A stretch of DNA of 64,000 nt from Haliea sp. Lineage in GTDB: Bacteria; Pseudomonadota; Gammaproteobacteria; Pseudomonadales; Halieaceae. The first letter of the stretch is position 1; the number at the start of each line of letters is the position of its first letter. The notes beneath the pieces were generated by a model. That model had not been told where the DNA came from. It saw only the letters and a list, made by a program, of their open reading frames with translations, and searched no databases. The position numbers were made by a program, and so were the translations under genes. Where the stretch lies: contig PKDD01000093.1 of NCBI GenBank assembly GCA_002862465.1, forward strand, positions 4,167 to 68,166, given 5' to 3'. This document shows positions 1-9,726 of the stretch, piece after piece.

Positions 1-408
1 ATCTAATTCCACTAGAAGATCATTGGGAAACTCGATATCGGCTTTGTCTACCTCATCAATCAGCAGAACTACCTGCTCATCGGCGTCGAACGCTTCCCAC
101 AGCTTTCCTCGCTTTATGTAGTTGGCTATATCTTGAACCTTCTCATCACCTAGTTGCGAATCTCTAAGACGCGATACGGCATCATATTCATAAAGACCCT
201 GTTGCGCTTTTGTAGTCGACTTAATGTGCCACTGAATCAACCGCTTACCGAGACCCAGCGCGACCTCTTCTGCCAGCATTGTCTTACCTGTGCCGGGCTC
301 ACCCTTGATGAGTAATGGCCGCTCTAGAGCCACGGCAGCGTTAACGGCCATGCGCAGATCGTCTGTGGCAACATACCGCTCAGTTCCTTCAAATTTCATA
401 TTGTTCAT
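1..408 (-). CDS. MoxR-family AAA+ ATPase, 5' part (runs off window start)
   Basis: Not in ORF track. ATG at 408 reads MNNMKFEGTERYVATDDLRMAVNAAVALERPLLIKGEPGTGKT (Walker A) and later VLLIDEVDKADIEFPNDLL (Walker B); open to position 1. Confidence 0.85.
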   Translation of the reverse strand, partial: MNNMKFEGTERYVATDDLRMAVNAAVALERPLLIKGEPGTGKTMLAEEVALGLGKRLIQWHIKSTTKAQQGLYEYDAVSRLRDSQLGDEKVQDIANYIKRGKLWEAFDADEQVVLLIDEVDKADIEFPNDLLVELD

Positions 409-570
409 CACTCTTTAGCATATCGAAAGTCGAACAGGGTACAGATTGAGGGCCGCCATATCAATACAGATACTTTGCCCGTCACTAACGTGCATCCGCA
501 GCTTGGAGCCTGATGCGAGTATCCTTGTTACACTTGGCGCTCAAGTTGGCCACTTGGGCTAATTAAAACG

Positions 571-909
571 TTACTTCTTATGTCTACGAAAAACGGTCAA
601 GCGAAGTAAGAGGGCCAGCGTGACTGCCACGCAGGCCGCAAAGACCAGCGGACGTAAAGCACCACTGGCTCCTTCGAACCCTGTCGTCATGATCTCAAAA
701 ACTGCCACAATCAATGCTGGCGCCATCGTGTCAGCCGTGACCTTCGGATATGCTGGAGTAAGCAGTAACGAGGCCAACAATAGTATTACCACAGCGACCC
801 AGCCAGACGACCAATGCCGACTCAGCCACCAAGCCAGATAAACCAGTAAAATGACGGCAGATCCAATATAAAGGTAGAGTGCAGTGTAGTACGAACTTTC
901 ATCTAGCAT
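571..909 (-). CDS. Small membrane protein (3 predicted TM helices)
   Basis: 112 aa, hydrophobic stretches, basic C-terminus RRHKK; last gene of the dnaX-ycgN run. Confidence 0.75.
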   Translation of the reverse strand: MLDESSYYTALYLYIGSAVILLVYLAWWLSRHWSSGWVAVVILLLASLLLTPAYPKVTADTMAPALIVAVFEIMTTGFEGASGALRPLVFAACVAVTLALLLRLTVFRRHKK

Positions 910-919
910 GCATTATCTC

Positions 920-1357
920 CTATTCAACCCAGTGCACAATATGCTCTTCGTATCCGTCAGGATGAACATATTCATCCGAAATAGCACGACCACGCACTGA
1001 AATGCCCGCTACATGCACTGAATTACGGTTGCCACTCACGAGAGGATGCCACCTTGGTAGTGGCAAATGTTGTGCGCGCAAACGATAAGCGCACGTATTG
1101 GGGAGCCAGTTTAGCGAACCTATATCAGTGGGGCGTAAATCAATACAGCTTGACATTAGCACTGAACGGTTTTCATAGTCCGAACATTGACAGGTTTTCT
1201 CCTCGAGATAGCGGCAACGGACCTTGGTATATGCAATTTCTCCACTTTCTTCATCTTCCAACTTGTGAAGACAACACTTGGCACAACCGTCGCACAGCGC
1301 TTCCCACTGCTCAGTGCTGAGCTCCTCCAGTGATTTTTCATGCCACCAGTCAGTCAC
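920..1357 (-). CDS. ycgN: YcgN-family cysteine-cluster protein
   Basis: WEALCDGCAKCCLHKLEDE...CRYL...CSDYENR...WLPNTCAYR; GTG start at 1357 overlaps the ycgL stop; ORF-track extension to 1462 rejected. Confidence 0.85.
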   Translation of the reverse strand: MTDWWHEKSLEELSTEQWEALCDGCAKCCLHKLEDEESGEIAYTKVRCRYLEEKTCQCSDYENRSVLMSSCIDLRPTDIGSLNWLPNTCAYRLRAQHLPLPRWHPLVSGNRNSVHVAGISVRGRAISDEYVHPDGYEEHIVHWVE

Positions 1358-1622
1358 GATCGTCGTCCCGCGCAAATAATGCTGCCGCAGTGGGCGGCAT
1401 CTGCAAATAAAAACCCTGCGCCTTGATAGCCGCAAGGACCACGGCGGCATCTGCCCTAGCAAGTTTTTTCTCAGGCGTTAGCAATAAAACCATAACAGGC
1501 ATGGGCTCTCCGAATTGAGCCATCAGTGCCTCTGGTATATCTTGTAATCCGCTCGACTTGTCGACGTATAGATACATTTCCTGTTTTCGCGAACTCCTGA
1601 ACACCTGACACACAAGACTCAT
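1350..1622 (-). CDS. ycgL: YcgL-domain protein
   Basis: CQVFRSSRKQEMYLYV...QGFYLQMPP signature. Confidence 0.88.
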   Translation of the reverse strand: MSLVCQVFRSSRKQEMYLYVDKSSGLQDIPEALMAQFGEPMPVMVLLLTPEKKLARADAAVVLAAIKAQGFYLQMPPTAAALFARDDDRD

Positions 1623-2752
1623 CAGGCCACACTCGCTAAAGACTGCCTTAATGCGAAAAAAATCGCCTCTTTACGCCACCCAAGCCAGTGGATCGGCAAT
1701 TCGAAAACGTCCCCCTCGGCCTCGCGCAACAATAGTTCATAGTCCTTACTTTGAACAAGCACCTCGGGTGCGACGGCTAATGTAGTGGCGATTTCACGCA
1801 CGTCGGCTTTCAGCTTCTTGACCAAGTCTCGCTGCGCTGCATCTAGTGGAGGAGGCAGCCTCGCAGGTAAATCTGCGTCGGGAACTTCCCGATTAGCCTG
1901 TAGAATTACTAGCAACTCATCGCCATGTCGATTTATAAACGACGAAGGTAAACCTATATCATCTCTTAATGCATGCACTGTGCGAGGATCTTGTACGGCT
2001 AGCTTCAAGCATGCCTGATCGTCAACAATCCACGCACGAGGCTTATTCCTGCTTCTAGCAATCTCTTCGCGCCATCGACAAACCTCAATCAAAGCCGCAA
2101 GCTGCCTCGAATTCAACTTCCAGGCAGTTTTAATGCGGGTATGAAGCTTATATACATCTGTTCCTAGAACACTGATTGCATCGCTTCCATCTGCGAGGAC
2201 CCAGTGCAGTTTATTCTGTCGTACGCACTGCTCATTGAACTCCCGCCAGACGAGCAACAACCATGTAACGTCCAATCCCGCATAATCACACTGCGACTCT
2301 GTGAGTGGCCGTCGCAGCCAGTCAGAGCGCGTCTCACCCTTAGGCAAATCCACACCGCAGACATCCTGGACAAGAGTACGATAACCCAAACCAAATCCCC
2401 GACCCAATAGGGCCGCCGCACGCTGGGTGTCAAATAACGGCTGTGGCAGCACACCGAGCCACCGCTGAAACACTTCAAGGTCTTCGCTGGCAGAGTGGAG
2501 CACTTTGAGCACACTGGAATTAGTCAGTAATTCTATCAACGGTTCGACATTGTCAATTTTTAGAGGGTCTATCAGCCACGCCATATCACTGAGCGCATCG
2601 CCAGCGACAAAGCACAATTGTACCAAGGCAACTTCGGGGTAAAAGGTGTTACGCCGCATGAATTCGGTGTCAACGATGACTACATCGCAGTTTGACTTCT
2701 CCGCTATCAATAGTCGAAGAGCCTCATTTGATTCAATCAGTTGCCACTGCAT
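1622..2752 (-). CDS. rnd: Ribonuclease D
   Basis: DEDDy motifs VDTEFMRRNTFYP, LHSASEDL, FDTQ, YAGLDV, followed by HRDC region. Confidence 0.93.
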   Translation of the reverse strand: MQWQLIESNEALRLLIAEKSNCDVVIVDTEFMRRNTFYPEVALVQLCFVAGDALSDMAWLIDPLKIDNVEPLIELLTNSSVLKVLHSASEDLEVFQRWLGVLPQPLFDTQRAAALLGRGFGLGYRTLVQDVCGVDLPKGETRSDWLRRPLTESQCDYAGLDVTWLLLVWREFNEQCVRQNKLHWVLADGSDAISVLGTDVYKLHTRIKTAWKLNSRQLAALIEVCRWREEIARSRNKPRAWIVDDQACLKLAVQDPRTVHALRDDIGLPSSFINRHGDELLVILQANREVPDADLPARLPPPLDAAQRDLVKKLKADVREIATTLAVAPEVLVQSKDYELLLREAEGDVFELPIHWLGWRKEAIFFALRQSLASVA

Positions 2753-2755
2753 ATT

Positions 2756-3355
2756 TTAGTCAACCAACCGCCGCCCAGACAGGGCATGAGCCAAGGTTGA
2801 ACCATCAACATACTCCAATTCGCCTCCCAGCGGGACGCCGTGAGCGATGCGTGAAACCTCAACACCCAGCGGCTGCAGCATCTCAGCGAGATAATAGGCA
2901 GTGGCTTCACCCTCTACCGTTGGATTGGTAGCCAGAATGACTTCCACGACACCCTCGTCAATAACGCGCTGCTGCAAGTCTTCTAAACCAATCTCTGCTG
3001 GACCAACACCGTCTATGGGCGATAGATGACCCATCAGGACAAAGTAAAGGCCGCGAAAGCTACCACTTTGCTCTATAGCCAGCACATCGGCGGGAGTCTC
3101 CACTACACATACCAAAGTGGCATCACGTTTTGGATCGGAACATAGCTCACAAATTTCAAGCTCTGTGAAGCTTCGACAAAGGCTGCAGTGACCCACCTTA
3201 TCTACGGCGTTAGACAAAGCCTTCGCCAGAGCCAGGGCACCATCGCGATCTCGCTCTAAAAGATGCAGTGTCATGCGCTGGGCAGACTTAGGACCGACGC
3301 TAGGAAGGCAGCGCAAGGCGTCCATAAGCTCCTGCAGAGACGGACTAAATTTCAT
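2756..3355 (-). CDS. recR: Recombination protein RecR
   Basis: [11 protein letters not shown] HhH, C4 zinc finger, [26 protein letters not shown]. Confidence 0.97.
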   Translation of the reverse strand: MKFSPSLQELMDALRCLPSVGPKSAQRMTLHLLERDRDGALALAKALSNAVDKVGHCSLCRSFTELEICELCSDPKRDATLVCVVETPADVLAIEQSGSFRGLYFVLMGHLSPIDGVGPAEIGLEDLQQRVIDEGVVEVILATNPTVEGEATAYYLAEMLQPLGVEVSRIAHGVPLGGELEYVDGSTLAHALSGRRLVD

Positions 3356-3373
3356 TGTGCCTACTGCTAACGG

Positions 3374-3697
3374 TCAAAGTGGCAACTTAAAGCCGGCGGG
3401 CAGATTTAATCCTGAAGCGAGACCGGACATTGCGTCTCGATTACTCGCTTCCACTTTGCGAACCGCATCGTTGACAGCAGCAGCCAGCAAATCTTCCAGC
3501 ACTTCCTTATCCTCCAAAAATACTGAATCGTCGATAGATACACGTTTAATATCATAGCGCCCAGTCATCAACACAGAAACGAGACCTGCCCCAGATTCGC
3601 CCCGCACTTCGGCTGCTGCTAATTCGTCCTGTGCTTTTGTCAGCTCGGCCTGCATGTTCTGCGCCTGCTGCATCAGATCCGAAATATCACCCTTCAT
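3374..3697 (-). CDS. ybaB: Nucleoid-associated protein YbaB/EbfC
   Basis: MQQAQNMQ...[10 protein letters not shown]...[11 protein letters not shown]; between dnaX and recR. Confidence 0.95.
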   Translation of the reverse strand: MKGDISDLMQQAQNMQAELTKAQDELAAAEVRGESGAGLVSVLMTGRYDIKRVSIDDSVFLEDKEVLEDLLAAAVNDAVRKVEASNRDAMSGLASGLNLPAGFKLPL

Positions 3698-3717
3698 CTA
3701 TCGTCCTCATAATTTTA

Positions 3718-5385
3718 TCAAATATCTGTTGGGTGAATGGACGAGCGGTCCAATTCACCATCGAACCGATTGATCAACGCCTGCAACTGAGGATCACCCT
3801 CAATAGATACAACGGCCTCTGCCTGCCTCCGCGCGGCAAGCCGCGCAGTCCGCATCGCGGGAGTTTCTCCTTGCAATGGACCAGGAACCACGGACACTGA
3901 AATAGAATGCCCAAAATAATTCTCCAGTGCTAGCCTCAATTTATCGCTGTGACCGGCATTAAATAGGGCCGCATGGGCTTCATCTAGTACAAATTGCAGC
4001 GCATTTCCAGCACGGTTATGCAGTTCACAGTGCGAGGCAATATTATATACGATACCCGCCAAGCCAAGGAGGTCCAGCAACTCGAACCAATTTTCGTAAG
4101 AAAGTGATTCCAGCGCAAAATGACCCGCGGCCACTTGCTCCCCCACTGCATGAGATGCTGCTTCGCTTCGCTCTATTTCAGCAGAGGCCCTCCTCTCCCC
4201 AGACAAATCGTCCGGTAACTCAAAAGACTTTTTTGCCGGATCGTCGCCCTCCCCGGCGACGATCTGCAACTCTTCCGGCCGCCAATTTTCATCGATGACC
4301 GCGGACGGGCGAAAAGCTAACATGCGTAACAGCACCATTTCAAAGCCCCTACGAGAATCCGGAGACAACGCAATATCACGCTTCCCGTTTAACGCTATCT
4401 GGTAGAACAGTTGTGTGTCTTCAGCGCTAATAGCGCCGGCGATCTGTGTCACTCGTTCAGCATTACCCCAACTATTGTCAATGGCGTCTGGGACAATCTG
4501 AGCCGTTGCTACCTGATGAATCAAGGACAGAAGTTCGTCCAGACTGTCCTCGAAATCTGGGGCATAATCCGACATTTGCTGAACTATAGTCAGGACCTTT
4601 GCAGGGTCTCCTTCCCCAATTGCCTCCAGCAGTTCAAAAATATATCCCAGATCAACACTACCGAGCATAGTGCGGACATCCTCTTCTCCTACCTTACCCG
4701 AACCGAACGCGATCGCCTGGTCGGTAAGACTGAGTGCATCGCGCATGCTACCCGCGGCGGCACGACCCAGCAGCCAGAGCGCTGTCTCCTCATAGGCCAC
4801 CATTTCCTGCTCTAAAACCGTGCTCAAGTGTCCTACAATCTGCTGCGGCGGCATATTTTTAAGATTGAACTGCAGACAACGCGATAACACCGTAGCGAGA
4901 AGTTTTTGAGGATCAGTGGTAGCAAGCAAAAATTTCACATGTGGCGGCGGCTCTTCCAGCGTTTTTAACAGCGCATTAAAACTGTGGTTAGACAACATAT
5001 GGACTTCATCAATTAGGTAGATTTTGTAGCGCGAGCGAGTGGGAGCGTACTGGACGTTATCCAACAACTCGCGCGTATCCTCAACCTTGGTGCGAGAGGC
5101 AGCATCAACTTCTATCAAGTCGACACTGCGACCTTCAGCAATTTCTAAGCACGAAGGGCACTTTCCACATGGGACAGAACTCACGCCAGCCTCGCAGTTG
5201 AGGCACTTAGCAAGGATACGTGCGATGGTGGTTTTGCCAACCCCTCGGGTACCCGTAAAAAGATAGGCATGATGCAGTCGATCATGATCTAACGCATTTA
5301 TCAGTGCCTGCAGGACATGCTCTTGACCCACCATTTCTCGGAAGCTCTTTGGCCGCCACTTCCGCGCTAGTACCTGATACGACAT
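3718..5385 (-). CDS. dnaX: DNA polymerase III subunit tau/gamma
   Basis: MSYQVLARKWRP start at 5385, GTRGVGKTT Walker A, DAAS, DEVHML, SRC motif, tau C-terminal region. Confidence 0.97.
   Translation of the reverse strand: MSYQVLARKWRPKSFREMVGQEHVLQALINALDHDRLHHAYLFTGTRGVGKTTIARILAKCLNCEAGVSSVPCGKCPSCLEIAEGRSVDLIEVDAASRTKVEDTRELLDNVQYAPTRSRYKIYLIDEVHMLSNHSFNALLKTLEEPPPHVKFLLATTDPQKLLATVLSRCLQFNLKNMPPQQIVGHLSTVLEQEMVAYEETALWLLGRAAAGSMRDALSLTDQAIAFGSGKVGEEDVRTMLGSVDLGYIFELLEAIGEGDPAKVLTIVQQMSDYAPDFEDSLDELLSLIHQVATAQIVPDAIDNSWGNAERVTQIAGAISAEDTQLFYQIALNGKRDIALSPDSRRGFEMVLLRMLAFRPSAVIDENWRPEELQIVAGEGDDPAKKSFELPDDLSGERRASAEIERSEAASHAVGEQVAAGHFALESLSYENWFELLDLLGLAGIVYNIASHCELHNRAGNALQFVLDEAHAALFNAGHSDKLRLALENYFGHSISVSVVPGPLQGETPAMRTARLAARRQAEAVVSIEGDPQLQALINRFDGELDRSSIHPTDI
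4199..4254 (-). other. Programmed -1 ribosomal frameshift cassette in dnaX
   Basis: In-frame A_AAA_AAG (4234-4228), internal SD-like GGGGAGGG (4254-4247) 12 nt upstream, -1 frame TGA (4222-4220), downstream hairpin CCGGAC-GATTT-GTCTGG (4215-4199). Confidence 0.75.
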
Positions 5386-5680
5386 TCCCACAATGACCTT
5401 GTCTACTGTAAAGAAAGAGAGGATACACCAGCACACGGGTGACAGAAACAGACGGCGCCTAAAGAAATCAGCATTTCCGTCGTCCTAGACCTGCGGATGG
5501 TCGCTACCCAAACACTATGCCCGAGTGCTCTGCTAATGCAGAACATGCACACAAATTGTGCAAAAAACGATCAATACTCACCATGAACCGCCTGGTACGC
5601 ACACCCAATCAATTCAAGGAGGCGGCTCGCGTAATGTTATCTCCGCGACCGTTTCATCTTATGCAGCCCATCAGACTAAT

Positions 5681-5784
5681 GGAGACAACCCAGACAGCCA
5701 CACCCCGGCACACGAGTCGGCAACTACCGTTGCTCCCTTCCGGGCCTGGCGGATTTCACTGCCTATCATTGCGGAAGGACCGCC
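5681..5784 (-). ncRNA. ffs: Signal recognition particle 4.5S RNA
   Basis: Minus strand contains CCAGGCCCGGAAGGGAGCAACGG (domain IV, GGAA tetraloop) and CGTGTGCCGGGGTGTGGCTG; upstream of dnaX as in many gammaproteobacteria. Ends approximate. Confidence 0.92.
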
Positions 5785-6032
5785 TGAATTGCCATAACGC
5801 CCTAGCTGGAACTTCCAACGCAGACATGGCATATTCTGCGGGAATCTCTGAGTCGCTGCAAGCAATGCTGTGAAATCGGATGGCAGCGCCTGCAAGCACC
5901 ACCGATGACGATCCGCTTGTAAACTACCAGAGAGCACCGGGAGCGCAGTCTTTAGTAAGGCAATTGCAAATACGACTAAGCGTCTATACATCACAGGAAC
6001 TGTGTTGCATTAACCAAGTACAGGATGAAACT

Positions 6033-6662
6033 ATGTCAAATGAACCCACAGTCTACGTCATCGATGATGAACCGGATATCTGTGGGGTTCTCAGCGATAT
6101 CCTCGACGCGGCGCACATTAAAGTAAAAACCTACACATCTCCCCTCGAATTTATGCTGACCTACAGCACAGAAAACCCGGGGTGCCTGTTGCTTGATATC
6201 AGCATGCCGGAGATCAGTGGTCTGGAACTCATGGAGAGGCTCATTGCAGAGGGAAACCGAACCCCAGTAATTTTTCTCACCGGAAATGCGACCATTGCAA
6301 ATGCTGTAGATATGTTGAAGGCCGGCGCCATTGATTTTATAGAAAAACCACCCAAGGTAGATTTATTGCTGAACAGTGTTAGAAAGGCGATAGCGTTGGA
6401 TGAGCAACGTCGTGCTGAGCAACGGCAGTTCTCATGCATCGACCAACGACTAAAGCTTCTAACTACACGTGAGCGTGAGGTCTTGACCTGGATCACAGAA
6501 GGAAAATCAAACAAAATAATCGCGCGCATTCTAGATATCAGCAGCAGGACAGTCGAAATTCATCGCGCAAATATTCTCAACAAAATGCAGGCCGAATCGG
6601 TAGCTGAACTGGTAAAAATGGATTTGACAGCAAAAGAATATGTGCCTACGCCGGGTCGCTAA
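6033..6662 (+). CDS. FixJ/NarL-family response regulator (REC + LuxR HTH)
   Basis: VYVIDDE, CLLLDISMP (phospho-Asp intact), DFIEKP, LTTREREVL...GKSNKIIARILDISSRTVEIHRANILNKM; ATG 6033. Confidence 0.92.
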   Translation: MSNEPTVYVIDDEPDICGVLSDILDAAHIKVKTYTSPLEFMLTYSTENPGCLLLDISMPEISGLELMERLIAEGNRTPVIFLTGNATIANAVDMLKAGAIDFIEKPPKVDLLLNSVRKAIALDEQRRAEQRQFSCIDQRLKLLTTREREVLTWITEGKSNKIIARILDISSRTVEIHRANILNKMQAESVAELVKMDLTAKEYVPTPGR

Positions 6663-6691
6663 CAGCGGTCCGTTCGGTCTCTAGCTCTAAA

Positions 6692-7915
6692 TTAGGATTT
6701 TAACTGAGACGCAAGCCACGCGCTGAAATCCTCACACGGCATCGGCTTTGCGACATAATAACCCTGTGCGGCTTGACACCCCAGTTCTGCCAGAAGTTCC
6801 TTCGTAGCAAGATCCTCAACCCCTTCCGCCACTACTCGCATATTAAATTGCTGGCCCAAGACGATACAAGCCTTGACAATAGCTAGAGCCTCCATATCAA
6901 CAACAATCTTACTGACAAAGCTCTGATCAATCTTCAGTTCAGAAAACGGCATTCGATATAATTGCAACAGCGAAGAATAGCCCGTACCAAAATCATCAAT
7001 GGACAAAAGCACACCCTTAAGTCGCAGTCGTGTAAGAACGTCCAGCGAAGTAGTGAGTTCACCCATTAATTCGGTCTCTGTTACCTCAAGAGTGATTGTC
7101 GTAGTATCCAGTTCGTTGTCAGCCAATAGCCTTGAGATGGTCTCGGGAAGGATCAGGCTAGTAATGTCGCTAGCCGATACGTTAATCGATAAATCGATCT
7201 GCAAACCCTCTTTCTGCCACTGACGTTGTTGGCTAATAGCCTGCTTGAACACGATGGTGGTCAAATCTGGCATCCAGCCTTGCTTCTCAATCAATTCGAT
7301 AAAGCGACTTGGATAGATAAGTCCTTGTGCTGGGTGCTGCCAGCGCACCAGACACTCAGCAGAGTACTTTGATGCGCCCTTTAACGCGAACTCTTCTTTA
7401 GGCTGGTAGTGCAAGACAAACTGATCAAAGTCTAAGGCCTCTCGTAATTCTTCAACGCTCACATCATGGCCAAGCCCTATCGGATCGCCAATTGGTTTAG
7501 AACTACGAATCGATGCTTGAGGCTCAAGCATATTGCGAAGGCGCGCGATCGACAGGGGCTTTTCAAGCGTTCCACGGACAACTAGAGCATGCGCAACAGC
7601 AAGGTTCTCAGCACCACTGAGCACCGCATGGTCTTGACCGCTCATGAGAATCAATTCGGGAGAATTCTCCATTTTGGCCAGATGGCGAATAACCTCGATG
7701 CCATCTATCCTAGGCATCTGCAAATCGAGTATTAGAATATTTTCACCCTCGAAGCACTGAACCTCATTGATGAAATCGGCTGCTTGGGAAAAACAATATG
7801 CCTCGAGACCCGTAAGCTCCACCACATCCCGGAGTATTTTCAAAATATCGGGCTCGTCATCTATTAAATAAACCCGTGGTTTAGAAAGGGGCATCGTGGC
7901 CATCTCACTACTCAT
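6692..7915 (-). CDS. REC-EAL c-di-GMP phosphodiesterase
   Basis: REC (LIDDE, LILDLQMP) plus EAL motifs HYQP, ECLVRW, SINVS, LEVTE, DDFGTGYSS, KID, VAEGVE, QGY. Start 7915/7903/7894 uncertain. Confidence 0.9.
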   Translation of the reverse strand: MSSEMATMPLSKPRVYLIDDEPDILKILRDVVELTGLEAYCFSQAADFINEVQCFEGENILILDLQMPRIDGIEVIRHLAKMENSPELILMSGQDHAVLSGAENLAVAHALVVRGTLEKPLSIARLRNMLEPQASIRSSKPIGDPIGLGHDVSVEELREALDFDQFVLHYQPKEEFALKGASKYSAECLVRWQHPAQGLIYPSRFIELIEKQGWMPDLTTIVFKQAISQQRQWQKEGLQIDLSINVSASDITSLILPETISRLLADNELDTTTITLEVTETELMGELTTSLDVLTRLRLKGVLLSIDDFGTGYSSLLQLYRMPFSELKIDQSFVSKIVVDMEALAIVKACIVLGQQFNMRVVAEGVEDLATKELLAELGCQAAQGYYVAKPMPCEDFSAWLASQLKS

Positions 7916-8418
7916 CTTACACCACGCTGCTGTGTGTCGAGGGCGCATCCATGATGAAATCTCCTTGCTGCGGTGCTTAGCTCCTATACCGGCCAATGTT
8001 AGATTACTTTACATAAGAAATATAGCAACTCATAGAGCTTACCCACGAGAGCACTACCGTCGAAAAGTCACCCGAAAAATATATTTGTCGATTCCAATGA
8101 AAACAGAAACCATCAATAGCATAACGCCCATGGCGAAGGGACTAGTTTTGAGAAGGTACTTTAAATTAACCTTCATAGGATATTGTTCTGAAAAGCTTCA
8201 GGCGGCTTATTTTCACAGCATCCTGCTAGGACTAACGTGAACTAAACTAAAAGTATGAGCACCAGCAATTCAATTGGCATGCTTGGGCCAAAGAAAGAGC
8301 ATTATGATTCTGGAATAAATAACGTTCAGCCTGTCCGTTTCATCCGACCATTTTTATAATCTTAATGCTATACCCTATCAATGCAACGCGCCTATGCTCT
8401 CAGCGCTTCGCGTCATTG

Positions 8419-9726
8419 TCAGCCTAAAGACCTTGGCAAGTATAGAAGGACAACCGTGCCAATATCAGGGTCCGATCGCAACCGAATATGACCCTTTGAA
8501 CGCTGGCAGAAGCCATAGACCTGCGACAAACCCATTCCTTTGCTGCCGGTCTTGTCATTACTGGAGAACAGGGGATCAAAAACAAATGGCCGAATATCCG
8601 CCGGAATACCATGCCCAGTATCAGACACTAAGAGCGCTACATAGTCACCAGCATCCAGAGCCGAAGCAGAGCTACAAGAGTCTTCATCAAAGGAAACGTT
8701 ACTCGTTTCCACTGCCAATTTGCCACCATCGGGCATTGCGTCGCAGGCATTTTGAATCAGATGAAGCACGGCATCCTGAAGATCATCAGGGTCAATGGTA
8801 GTCTGCCAGAGTGAATCATTAAGACTCCAGGCAAGCTTCACTGCAGAGCATAGCTCAGGAAGAATAAGCTGCTCCATTCCAATAAGCACTCTGTTCACAT
8901 CGGTAACAACTGCTTTCTTAGGTGATCGCCTAGAGAATCCTAGCAGTTGATTTGTTACAACACAGGCCCTCTCGGCGGCGCCCTGAATAGGCGCAAGTCG
9001 AGCCTGAATCTTTGAATCTTGTATACCCTCATAGCCCAACAGTTCAAGATTCCCCAGAATGATGGCTAATATATTATTGAGGTCATGGGCTACAGTAGCC
9101 GAGAGATGTGTCATCGCATCTAAGCGTTCTGAGGAGACAACCACATCGCTAGCGGTACTGCCTGCAGCGCTATTAACAAAGGCATCAGCGGCAACGACTC
9201 CTCTCTGACCAGTTTCTATTGGCAACGTTGCTGCAAAATTATGGTTTTCATCCAGATTTTTCCCCATCTGCAATATCGCTAGCCGCTGAATTTGCAGGGA
9301 AAGGAACACATTCACTTTGGAGATAATTATGTGCGTAGCGACAGGCCATGCGACATAGTCTGCAGGCGCTGATTTATGAAGGCTAAAATTTAACTGGTCT
9401 GGCTCAGAGACGCGGCTAAGAAAAATAACCGGCGTCTCACTAGATAGCTCATTTTGGACGACCGTTTGCGCCGTTTTTACACTTTCCTCCGATTGCATAT
9501 CAGCAGCATATAAAATGACCGAAAATAGCTGACTAGCACAGTATTCTGCCGCCTCTAACGGACTTTTTATGCTCATTAGCTCGGCGTCTATTTCACGAGT
9601 AATGGCTTCAACCAGGCCTACGTGTTCCATACCATCGGCGACCACTAGTATGCGCTGCTTGGGCAAATCCTGCACAACCAATTGGCTATGCTGTGACAGA
9701 CTCAACATCCCAAATAGATCACTCAT
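8419..9726 (-). CDS. Histidine kinase with N-terminal pseudo-receiver
   Basis: Degenerate REC, H-box VAHDLNNIL, N-box NACDAM, G1 DTGHG, G2 GMGL; AGGA SD before ATG 9726. Confidence 0.85.
   Translation of the reverse strand: MSDLFGMLSLSQHSQLVVQDLPKQRILVVADGMEHVGLVEAITREIDAELMSIKSPLEAAEYCASQLFSVILYAADMQSEESVKTAQTVVQNELSSETPVIFLSRVSEPDQLNFSLHKSAPADYVAWPVATHIIISKVNVFLSLQIQRLAILQMGKNLDENHNFAATLPIETGQRGVVAADAFVNSAAGSTASDVVVSSERLDAMTHLSATVAHDLNNILAIILGNLELLGYEGIQDSKIQARLAPIQGAAERACVVTNQLLGFSRRSPKKAVVTDVNRVLIGMEQLILPELCSAVKLAWSLNDSLWQTTIDPDDLQDAVLHLIQNACDAMPDGGKLAVETSNVSFDEDSCSSASALDAGDYVALLVSDTGHGIPADIRPFVFDPLFSSNDKTGSKGMGLSQVYGFCQRSKGHIRLRSDPDIGTVVLLYLPRSLG

Noticed and set aside
5420-5660. Structured RNA or degenerate ffs copy between ffs and dnaX
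   Set aside because: Several short hairpins (e.g. TGCACA-N5-TGTGCA at 5546-5562) but no recognisable family; similarity to ffs is limited to GCACACG.
5790-6030. attL/attR duplicate of the tRNA-His or ffs end
   Set aside because: No direct repeat recognised by eye and no integrase or transposase in the window, so the island is not called a mobile element.
5880-6032. ORF-track N-terminal extensions (this regulator, ycgN, dnaX, folD, folC, trpF, trpB and others)
   Set aside because: Family homology and SD positions point to the downstream starts listed in features.
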